From positions 1,025,509-1,089,508 of the forward strand of contig CP092821.1 in the NCBI GenBank assembly GCA_022530585.1: a DNA stretch of 64,000 bases. Reading direction: 5' to 3'. This DNA is from Candidatus Nealsonbacteria bacterium DGGOD1a (GTDB taxonomy: Bacteria; Patescibacteriota; Minisyncoccia; Minisyncoccales; UBA5738). Position 1 is the first letter of the stretch, and each line of letters opens with the position of its first letter. Below the pieces are notes generated by a model. The model ran no database searches. It saw only the letters and a program-made list of their open reading frames with translations, and was not told the origin of the DNA. Shown here in pieces: positions 53,548 through 61,669 of this stretch. The position numbers and the translations under genes were made by a program.

Positions 53548-54062
53548 CCGGCGAAAGGAGGCCGCCCGGCCTTGCGTTCTTTGACGGCAGGAAAAGTGCG
53601 TTTTAAAAGTCCCGCCCCAAAGCGGGATTTTTAAAAGCCGGGCGGCCTCCTTGAGCACCCGAGCCGGAAATTTTCGGAAAGGCTTTTGCGGCTGAGCAAA
53701 AGGCTTTCGGGAAAAGCGGAGGAGCAAAAAGACATAGAAACCGGAGGAAAAAATATCAAAGTCCGCTGATAAGCGGTATTTGATATATGGCGAAGCCGGT
53801 TTTGCCGGAGGTTTCGTTAAGTGGCTTTTTGCGGGGGAGCGGTTTCCGGCGGCCCCTGCCTGCTTGCTTTCCGAATTGGGCAGAGAGTTTGGCATTGCGA
53901 GGGCAGCCGCGGAAAGGCTCAAAGCTTGGAACAGCCGCAAACCAGAGGTGCTGTTTCCCTGAAAGCCCGGAGCGGGCGGCGCACCGCCCGCGCAGGGGAA
54001 ACAGCACCGGAACAAAGGCGCAGGCCTTGGATTAGGCACTGGCTTGGCTCGAATCGGGGCTT

Positions 54063-54150
54063 AAAAACTCTGCATTTACTCTGCAACTCCTTGGTTAAAA
54101 AGTCTGCATTCTAGATTGCAGACTTATTGCAGAGTAAATGCAGAGTTTTT
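54063..54150. repeat. Perfect 24-bp-arm palindrome with inner 8-bp hairpin
   Basis: AAAAACTCTGCATTTACTCTGCAA (54063-54086) / TTGCAGAGTAAATGCAGAGTTTTT (54127-54150). Inner AGTCTGCA-TTCTAGAT-TGCAGACT. Confidence 0.85.
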
Positions 54151-54166
54151 CTCTGGCCAACGCACA

Positions 54167-54369
54167 CCTTTTACCCCCACCTTGCGGCTAAAATGCGTTG
54201 GCCAAGCCCCGATTCGGGCCCGGCTGCCCCTTTGCGAGCGCAGACCCGGAAAACAGCAGTTTGGAGGGGCAAGCGAAGCTTAGTCGGGGGCATAACCCGC
54301 CCCCTCACCCTGTCCAAAGTCAACAATTTTTGCTAAAGTAAGTTCGAGCTGAATCATAAAGATTCACAA
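54167..54369. repeat. ~204-bp terminal inverted repeat, right copy
   Basis: Reverse complement of 45550-45753. Confidence 0.85.
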
Positions 54370-54628
54370 ATTTTGCGAACAAAATTTGCAGTAATTAGTA
54401 ATTTGTACTTAGTAATTAGAAGAACACAAAATACCCGGGTTACCAAAAGCAAAATTTCCCAAATTACCAATTACCCACACAAATTACAAATTCCGCGCCC
54501 TCCGGCGCGGTTTTTTAGTACATAACCGCGATATTATTCGTCACCCATAGCGCCTTCATATCTTCCACTTATCTAAACGAAAAAGAACTCAAAAAAATAA
54601 GAGTCCCTGGAGCGCTCGGCAATCCCAT

Positions 54629-55369
54629 CTATGCGGGCATTTGTATAAGGCTGCGACCGTCTACCGCCAGCGACCCTGATTTGCACAAATCGCAATTATC
54701 AGCAGGATATTTTGGCACCTTAACGGTCGCTGTTGCAACCACAGAATATGGCCTTGAATCTTTATATGTTGCAGAATAATAACCTCTCCGTACTATCGGC
54801 GGTATATCTTCTGGCCTCAGAAACAATGTACCTATGAGTGGTCGACCATCCAATGTCAGTATTTTCCCTGGATATACCTGCTGCACATTGTCTGCAGTTG
54901 CCAATGTGGTCATAAGTTCTTCGACATTGATTCCTGTTTGCTCCTTAACCCAGAAACCATTCTTTTTCCACATTTGGCGCCCTTTTGAGTCTTTCTCCGT
55001 GAAAACATCCTCTGCGTCGATAATTCGCGCAACGCTTTCCAGAAGCTGTATTGAAGAACTCGAAGATCCAAAGACATACTTAACTGCGCCCAAATCTGCC
55101 CCGACGGCATCAAGACTTCTTACCAAATTTGATGCCGCTGCGTCTCGTCTCTTGTAATACTGCAGATATGGTCTGCTGTTGACAAAGAGACCGCTATGGT
55201 TCGGGATTACCTGATCGGCTTTCAACGACAGGATTCCATGCCGATTATCCGTCACGCCATACTGATGTACCACGCCAAAATGCAACAAATCTTGATAATA
55301 ACCGAAGGGGTCGTCAATGACCACTATACCATCATTCCTTTTCATAGATATTCTCCTTTTAAAGTGCAT
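54629..55369 (-). CDS. Divergent phosphoribosyltransferase-like (OPRT-like) protein
   Basis: 246 aa. GINVEELMTTLATA resembles the PRPP-binding hhhhEDhhTTGgS loop but is degenerate. C-terminal CDLC. Weak call. Confidence 0.35.
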   Translation of the reverse strand: MHFKRRISMKRNDGIVVIDDPFGYYQDLLHFGVVHQYGVTDNRHGILSLKADQVIPNHSGLFVNSRPYLQYYKRRDAAASNLVRSLDAVGADLGAVKYVFGSSSSSIQLLESVARIIDAEDVFTEKDSKGRQMWKKNGFWVKEQTGINVEELMTTLATADNVQQVYPGKILTLDGRPLIGTLFLRPEDIPPIVRRGYYSATYKDSRPYSVVATATVKVPKYPADNCDLCKSGSLAVDGRSLIQMPA

Positions 55370-55530
55370 TCTCTATCCAATACCAACCTCATTGCGAGGC
55401 AACCGCGCTTTTCTGTATTTACAAATAACCACCCACGCACAAATATTTTGTAAACTATAACAAATTGCTTTCAAAAATAAAAGACGGAAGGCCAAACGCG
55501 CCAACCGCCACTCAACGACAATCTGTTATT

Positions 55531-56292
55531 TCATGCCAGCTGCCTGGCAAGGTCTTCAATAACCAATGCCATCTCCTCAACAGTATTCTTTGACATTATT
55601 GCATCGCCCACTATCGCATGCCAATTCGGACCAGCCACCTCGTTTGCTTTCTGGACGCTACCACCCTGTTTGATTAGCCCTGGAGACATAAGCATGGAAT
55701 TATCAACACCAAGAACTTCATCAAATATGGCGCGATACAATTTCATCTGTTCCAGCTTATTACCAGGAACCACGAAATGATCAACACCTTTTTCGGCAGC
55801 AATGCGGAACATCTTCGGAGGCACATGGTCAGGAATGAAACCTCCCTGACTAACCAAGAAATCGGGTATGGTCATTTCTGCTCCGAAAATAATATCAAAA
55901 CCAAGTTCCCGGCACATATCAATCGTCGTTCTGATGGTTGATGGACCAACCCAAGGGAACATTATTATCGCATCAAATCCCGCACGCGATCCAACGCTTG
56001 CAATTTTTCTTAGCACCCTATCGACATCATTGCCGAATTTTTGAAGATCCAAGATTCTGATTATCTCGCTATCCAGATTGTTCAAAACACGAGTTACTAT
56101 CGACGCACTATTCTCCAGCACAGGTGTTGCGCCAATCTTCACTGCCGTTACTTGATCAAAATGTTTATCCTTGGCTGCATGTATCGCCAATATCAACATT
56201 TCAAGCAATCTCAGCGTTTCATCATCAAATCCCGGGATAAGACCTTTCTTGTTACCTAAAAAACTTTGCATACTTTCATCCCCTATTCCCAA
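55531..56292 (-). CDS. Divergent OMP-decarboxylase-fold (OMPDC/KGPDC/HPS family) protein
   Basis: 253 aa with VKIGATP, ILDLQKFGNDVDR, MSPGLIKQGG and AIVGDAIMS. These align with OMPDC blocks but deviate (D-x-x-K-x3-D instead of D-x-K-x-x-D, and GD instead of GR). Confidence 0.45.
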   Translation of the reverse strand: MGIGDESMQSFLGNKKGLIPGFDDETLRLLEMLILAIHAAKDKHFDQVTAVKIGATPVLENSASIVTRVLNNLDSEIIRILDLQKFGNDVDRVLRKIASVGSRAGFDAIIMFPWVGPSTIRTTIDMCRELGFDIIFGAEMTIPDFLVSQGGFIPDHVPPKMFRIAAEKGVDHFVVPGNKLEQMKLYRAIFDEVLGVDNSMLMSPGLIKQGGSVQKANEVAGPNWHAIVGDAIMSKNTVEEMALVIEDLARQLA

Positions 56293-56404
56293 TATTTTTT
56301 CAAACAGCTATCCCAAGCTATACCCAAAAATAACCATCTTATCTTCGGCTATTTTAGACTAAGGTACATTAAACATTTAAAAAAGTAAACAAGGCAGGCA
56401 AGAG

Positions 56405-56983
56405 TTATTCTTGCCTGCGGGCGGTTTTGCGCCATTGGTACAATAGCAATGGCGCGATAACCGCGGCAGCGCCGGATACCAGCCAGACGTTCGCGATCGA
56501 ACCGTGCTGGAGCATCGCGCCGCTGATCAGGAAAGCCGTGATCGAGCCGGCTTGTTCGAAAAACGAGCTGGCCGAACCGATCGTGGCGCGCTGGGATTCT
56601 TTAGTGATCGCGGCCTGCAAATAGGCCTGGCGCGTCACCATGAACGCTCCCCGAGCGCCTTCGTGGACGATGTAGAACAATAGCGACACGGCAAACACCG
56701 GCACGGTTGCCGCGGCGACCATTGCCGCCCCGATCAGAAGATGGGAAACCACCAATTCTTTTTCCTGGCGCTGCGCGTCATTTTTGGCGAAGAATTTTTC
56801 GGCGATTTTTGCACCGGCAAAATTAACCGTGAAAAACGAAAAGCACAATATTCCCAGGATTTTCGGATCCGGCGCGATCGGCGCGTAAAACGGCTGCCAA
56901 TAAAGATTGGTGGTCGCGGTCGCGAAGCATAGAAGAAAACCCAGCGCGCAAACAAATTTCAATGTTGCGCTTTTGGCCACCAA
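56405..56983 (-). pseudogene. C-terminal half of an MFS-type transporter (5-prime truncated)
   Basis: 192 aa with about 6 TM helices and no ATG start. The frame runs upstream into IS200-end hairpins with no N-terminal six-helix half. Confidence 0.5.
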
Positions 56984-56989
56984 AGTCAG

Positions 56990-57640
56990 ATTACCGCCGC
57001 CATAGGCGGCGGCTTGATGAGCGGGACTCCCTCGAAGGGAGTTGTCCCGATATCAAGCCTTGGGTGTTAAATGTATTTTAATCGGTGCTACTTTGACATT
57101 GCAAATGGTCCTTCGTCTTCGTGGTCGCGCTGTTCATGGATATATTTTCTGATCTGTTCCAGTTCGAAGCCGATCGTCGATACCGCGCAGCCTTTGGCCC
57201 AAAAATGTTCTCCGGTAAAGTTTTTCTCTTTGCCGCACAGCCTTGCCACCGCAATGGCGCTTTTGCCTTTCAGATATCCGACAATCGAAGCGACCATGTG
57301 TTTGGGCGGGATGGAAATACACATATGCACATGGTCAGACATATTGCTACCTTCCAATATTTCACATTCCTTTTGTTTTGCGAGTTCGTGGAATATTTCT
57401 CCCAGCTGTTTTGCCAAAGATACGAACAATACTTTTCTTCTTCGTTTTGGAATAAATACGATATGGTATTTGCAATCCCATTTTGTGTGCGATAGACTCT
57501 GATACAAGGTTGACATGTTGTGTAATTCCCAAGGCTCGCTCACAAGCCGCCTTGTGGAATTATACACCATACCCCTTTTGTTCTCTGGGCAACGGTCAAA
57601 CCGGCGCAAGCCTCACCGCTGAAAGCGGTGGATTACGCAA
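56990..57640 (-). mobile_element. IS200/IS605-family element (tnpA only), approximate limits
   Basis: tnpA is flanked by subterminal hairpins: CCGCCGCC-ATA-GGCGGCGG and GCGGGACTCCC..GGGAGTTGTCCCG on one side, GTGTAATTCC..GGAATTATACAC and CACCGCT-GAAA-GCGGTG on the other. Confidence 0.5.
57088..57516 (-). CDS. tnpA: IS200/IS605 Y1 transposase TnpA
   Basis: 142 aa from the ATG at 57516 with KYHIVFIPKRRRK, HVHMCISIPPK (HUH) and IRKYIHEQ (catalytic Tyr region). Confidence 0.85.
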   Translation of the reverse strand: MSTLYQSLSHTKWDCKYHIVFIPKRRRKVLFVSLAKQLGEIFHELAKQKECEILEGSNMSDHVHMCISIPPKHMVASIVGYLKGKSAIAVARLCGKEKNFTGEHFWAKGCAVSTIGFELEQIRKYIHEQRDHEDEGPFAMSK

Positions 57641-57751
57641 TGTTATTATTTAAAACGATGTAAATCTTGCGATAGCAAAAATTACATTGTTTCAGGTTAT
57701 TGACAATACCTATCTAAAATATATAATTTAGATAGATTATAAATAAAACCT

Positions 57752-58027
57752 ATGCAAACAATGTTGAGCATCAAAATTGAAAAATCGCTCAAAGACCAAG
57801 CTCGGAAAACCGCGCAAGATTTAGGCGTGTCTTTAAACGCGGTCATCAACCAGCACATAAAAGAATTCGTTAACACCCGCGAGATATTTTTTACTGAATA
57901 TGAAATGCCAAACGCAAAAACGCAAAAGATATTAAAAATGGTTGATAAAGATATTAAAAATGGCAAAAATATTGTCGGTCCTTTTAATTCTGCCGAAGAA
58001 TTTATAAAAAGTCTGGAAGAAAAATAA
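57752..58027 (+). CDS. RelB/DinJ-family antitoxin
   Basis: 91 aa. LSIKIEKSLKDQARKTAQDLGVSLNAVINQHIKEF is an RHH pattern. Confidence 0.65.
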   Translation: MQTMLSIKIEKSLKDQARKTAQDLGVSLNAVINQHIKEFVNTREIFFTEYEMPNAKTQKILKMVDKDIKNGKNIVGPFNSAEEFIKSLEEK

Positions 58028-58028
58028 T

Positions 58029-58292
58029 ATGCGGATAGCTTATCACAAAACATTCAAAAAAAGTTTTGAAAAATTATCCGCTGAATCACGGGAAAAATTC
58101 CGGCAAAATATCAAATTATTCACCATTGATCAATTTGACCGACGGCTAAACAACCATATTCTCAAAGGCGAATTCGCCAATTGCCGCAGTATTAATGTCG
58201 GCGGTGATTTGCGTGCGATTTACAAACGCATTGGCAACGAAGAATTGCTTTTTATAAAAATCGGCACCCACCACGACCTCTACGGAAAATAA
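58029..58292 (+). CDS. RelE/YafQ-family mRNA interferase toxin
   Basis: 87 aa, 1 nt after the antitoxin, with LNNHILKGEFANCRSINVGGDLRAIY...IGTHHDLY. Confidence 0.7.
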   Translation: MRIAYHKTFKKSFEKLSAESREKFRQNIKLFTIDQFDRRLNNHILKGEFANCRSINVGGDLRAIYKRIGNEELLFIKIGTHHDLYGK

Positions 58293-58455
58293 TCGCTACC
58301 CCACTCTACCCCGTGCCCCACGTGATTTTTTATTACACGATTCTTGCATCTTGCAAATTAAAAATTTTGATATAATATCACCCCAAGCAAACGAATCAGT
58401 ATTTTTTGCGGCTCTTTTTAAAAAACCGCGCTGTTCGTTTAAAATTAGGAGGAGG

Positions 58456-58770
58456 ATGGAGATGGATACAAAAAGAGAAAAACCAGCACCAAAAATTACA
58501 GTCGAAGGGCTTACGACTGTTCCAATAGGATTTGGAGAAAGCCAGAACCCAATGGAAGACGACCCCCGAATACCCAAAGTTTTTTTGAGCTTAATCAAAA
58601 GTCGCGGCGGAACAATCATCGGCTTTGAAGCCAAACCGGAAAACGATCGCGGCCACTGCTGGTGCACCAGAGTATTACACGGATTAAACAGGTGCGCCTT
58701 CACCGCCAACATACAAACCGGCGCCAATTATATAATTACTTTGAATTACGAAACTCCTAAAAAATGCTAA
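58456..58770 (+). CDS. Hypothetical protein
   Basis: About 104 aa from ATG 58456/58462, preceded by AGGAGGAGG. No motif recognised. Confidence 0.4.
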   Translation: MEMDTKREKPAPKITVEGLTTVPIGFGESQNPMEDDPRIPKVFLSLIKSRGGTIIGFEAKPENDRGHCWCTRVLHGLNRCAFTANIQTGANYIITLNYETPKKC

Positions 58771-58817
58771 AATGACACCAGAGCCGGCGACTGGTAAATC
58801 GCCGACTCAACACCAAC

Positions 58818-59627
58818 ATGAAAGTTGTAATTCCATTTTACAACGAAATCAGGAAGGTGGTAAGTATTTTTTCACAACAATTAAAAATTGACAAGCTCAC
58901 AAACAAAACCGGTCGAAAATTGGCGTTGCCGATAATCACAGTATTATCGCTGGCGATATTCAAGCAAGCCGGCGGTATCGCTACCAAAAAATCATTATTC
59001 ACCATTTTCAATCTTCACAAAATCTGCTCTTACAAAACATTGGTCATGAGCATCAATCGTTGGGCAATTCTGGCATTGCGATTAATGTTTATCATCATGA
59101 GGATGAGCAAGAAAAACCAACACATTATCAAACATATTGATTCCACCGATATTCCCGTTTGTTTGTTCAAAAATGCCAACAAGAACAAAGTGATGAAAAT
59201 GTTCGCCAGTTTCGGCAGAAGCGCAAAAGGTACCTATTTCGGCTTAAAAATGCATCTGATCGCGGATTTCAAAAGGCAAATACTGGCCATCAAATTCACT
59301 TCCGCGAATGTTGACGACCGCGATGTCGTTATCAAATTATCCAAGAAATTGAACGGCGTGTTCATTGCCGACGCCGGATATGTTTCCGAGAAATTGCAAA
59401 GAAAATTCCACCGCGCCCGCAAAAGAATTTTGCTGGTGAAAGCCAGGAACAACATGAAAAAAGTCATCACTCAATTCCAGAAAAAATTATATGATACCAG
59501 AATGATCATTGAATTGAATTTTCGCAATTTGAAAATGTTCTACGGGCTGATTACCAGCCTCCCCAAATCAGTGGACGGATATTTGTCCAATTATATCTAC
59601 AGTCTGCTGGCTTATCAAATTATTTAG
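58818..59627 (+). CDS. IS982-family DDE transposase
   Basis: 269 aa with HIDSTDIPVC, FIADAGYVSEKL and MIIELNFRNLK (DDE blocks). IS ends not resolved. Confidence 0.7.
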   Translation: MKVVIPFYNEIRKVVSIFSQQLKIDKLTNKTGRKLALPIITVLSLAIFKQAGGIATKKSLFTIFNLHKICSYKTLVMSINRWAILALRLMFIIMRMSKKNQHIIKHIDSTDIPVCLFKNANKNKVMKMFASFGRSAKGTYFGLKMHLIADFKRQILAIKFTSANVDDRDVVIKLSKKLNGVFIADAGYVSEKLQRKFHRARKRILLVKARNNMKKVITQFQKKLYDTRMIIELNFRNLKMFYGLITSLPKSVDGYLSNYIYSLLAYQII

Positions 59628-59716
59628 TTGTGAACCGTGAAAAAACTTACCGCAATCGAATGTTTTCCGCCAAACTCCGCGACGCGGGCAAGTTTTTGTT
59701 TCGTAATCGTTTTTGT

Positions 59717-60022
59717 TTAAAAGCGGGTTTCGTAATTCAAAGTAAAAAAAGTAAATTTAACGCCTTGCGTGATGAAAGTAAGCTCGTCCAAACGGCTGAC
59801 GATAATTTCATCGATTTTGATATTTTCAAAAATTTTGTTTTTTATTCGGGTATTGCTGAATTTTTTTTGCGAAAACATATCGAAATCGATTGACCGCCGG
59901 TGGCCGATTTGCAACGCAATCGCCGTACCGCCGACCAACCCAAAACTTTTTGAAAACAATTTTAAAACCGGCAATAATTTTATTTGATTCTCTGTCAGAA
60001 TTTCTTTATGAATTGCCGGCAT
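59717..60022 (-). CDS. AbiEii/AbiGii-type nucleotidyltransferase toxin, short or truncated
   Basis: 101 aa with GLVGGTAIALQIGHRRSIDFDMF. The C-terminus runs into a family-B repeat arm. Confidence 0.5.
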   Translation of the reverse strand: MPAIHKEILTENQIKLLPVLKLFSKSFGLVGGTAIALQIGHRRSIDFDMFSQKKFSNTRIKNKIFENIKIDEIIVSRLDELTFITQGVKFTFFTLNYETRF

Positions 60023-60272
60023 ATTTTTGAAAATACAAATTAAAATAATGTTTGACTTCTGGGCGCAAATTGCATCTTTTCTGCGCGGCTTGTTCTCTGA
60101 AAATTTCTGCCACTCTTTTAATGCCCAGGATTCTTATAACTTCATTCACGTCTTTGAAGTTGCCGTAGTTTAAAACCGCCTCCACGATCGATTCCTCGGA
60201 AAGCTTGTCGTATTGCATCGTTGACCAAACTAATCCCGGTCTTTTTTTTATGAATTCGTTTATTTCCGCCAT
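60006..60272 (-). CDS. Small protein, putative cognate antitoxin
   Basis: 88 aa. Overlaps the downstream NTase gene by 17 nt. No motif recognised. Confidence 0.4.
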   Translation of the reverse strand: MAEINEFIKKRPGLVWSTMQYDKLSEESIVEAVLNYGNFKDVNEVIRILGIKRVAEIFREQAAQKRCNLRPEVKHYFNLYFQKYAGNS

Positions 60273-60297
60273 AAGTCGATTTTAACATAAAATCGGC

Positions 60298-61662
60298 TTA
60301 AATTCTATATTTCGTCCCCTCTTTGGTGTCGTAGATCTTCACGCCCATGGAAAGCAGGCGGTCACGAATTTCGTCGGATTTGGCAAAGTCTTTCGCGGCT
60401 CTGGCGGCATTGCGATCGGCGATCAGCGATTCGATAAAGGCGTCGCTTTTGGCGGCATCGAATTTCATAAAGTCCATAAAAGAATTGATTTGGCTCAAGA
60501 ATTCAAACGACCTGCGGCCGGATTTTTCTTTCATATTTTGACTGCGGATAAATTCAAACAAAATTGCAAATGCCTGCGGCGTATTGAAATCAACCGCCAG
60601 CGCTTCGTGAAATTTGGCCTTTGCTTCCCCCACCGCCGCCTCGTCATCGACATCATCGAAATTCGCATCCATTTTATTGAAAATAAATTCATCAATACGG
60701 CCCAGCGAATTTTTCGCCTGCTCCAGCGCCGCTTCGGAAAAATCAATCGCGGCGCGATAATGGTTGCCGATAAAAAGATAGCGCAGAACGCGGTAATCGT
60801 AAACTTTCAAAATATCGCGAATGGTTTTAAAATTACCCAAACTCTTGGACATTTTTTCCGAACCGATATTCAAAAATCCGGTGTGCATCCAATAGCGCAC
60901 GAACGGCACCTTGCCGGTGATTGACTCTATTTGCGTGATCTCGGCTTCATGATGCGGGAAAATCAAATCGATCGCGCCACCATGGATATCATATTGCTGC
61001 CCGAATTCAATTTCCGTGATCGCGGTATCTTCAATATGCCATCCGGGACGACCCTTGCCCAATTCGGTTTCCCACGACGGCTCCCCTTCTTTTGAAGATT
61101 TCCACAAGCAAAAATCATTCCAGCCCCGCTTGAAATCGCTTTCATCGATGCGCGACACGCCATCGGTTTCTTTCAGCTCGGTGCGCCCCGAGAGTTTGCC
61201 GTAATCGGCGAATTTGGCAATCTCAAAATACCAACTGCCATCGGGAGCTTGATAGGCTAATCCTTTTTCAATCATCCGTTTTACCTGGCTCACGATATTA
61301 TCGATATAATCCGTGGCACGCGCGTATTTAGTCACCGCGGTATTGCGCAACGCGGCCATATCGTCGATGTAGATTTTTTCAAACTCATCGGCCAAATCGC
61401 GCCAACTGATATTACGGTCTCTTGCTCTTTGGATAATCTTGTCATCGATATCGGTAATATTTACAAGGTAATCCACATCAAAACCGCTCCAGCGCAAATA
61501 CTTCACGATAAAATCGAATTGCGTGTAGGTTTTGGCATGGCCCAGATGCGGAAAATCATAAACCGTGGGCCCGCAAACAAAAAATTTGATCTTCCCCTCC
61601 TCCATCGGCGCCAACTCGGAAACCTTGCGCGACATTGTGCTGTAAATTGATATTTTATTCAT
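60298..61662 (-). CDS. cysS: Cysteine--tRNA ligase
   Basis: 454 aa with HLGHAKTY (HIGH), the Zn-site context CGPTVYD, and KMSKSLGN. Confidence 0.95.
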   Translation of the reverse strand: MNKISIYSTMSRKVSELAPMEEGKIKFFVCGPTVYDFPHLGHAKTYTQFDFIVKYLRWSGFDVDYLVNITDIDDKIIQRARDRNISWRDLADEFEKIYIDDMAALRNTAVTKYARATDYIDNIVSQVKRMIEKGLAYQAPDGSWYFEIAKFADYGKLSGRTELKETDGVSRIDESDFKRGWNDFCLWKSSKEGEPSWETELGKGRPGWHIEDTAITEIEFGQQYDIHGGAIDLIFPHHEAEITQIESITGKVPFVRYWMHTGFLNIGSEKMSKSLGNFKTIRDILKVYDYRVLRYLFIGNHYRAAIDFSEAALEQAKNSLGRIDEFIFNKMDANFDDVDDEAAVGEAKAKFHEALAVDFNTPQAFAILFEFIRSQNMKEKSGRRSFEFLSQINSFMDFMKFDAAKSDAFIESLIADRNAARAAKDFAKSDEIRDRLLSMGVKIYDTKEGTKYRI

Positions 61663-61669
61663 TGTTTTT

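Noticed and set aside
50713-54039. Several long minus-strand ORFs (50713-51429, 51838-52734, 52308-52970, 53101-54039) and the 51006-51434 extension
   Set aside because: They are antisense or overlap the replication-relaxation, hypothetical and TraD-like genes, or they lie in the palindrome-rich non-coding segment. Their compositions are Arg/Pro/Gly-biased.
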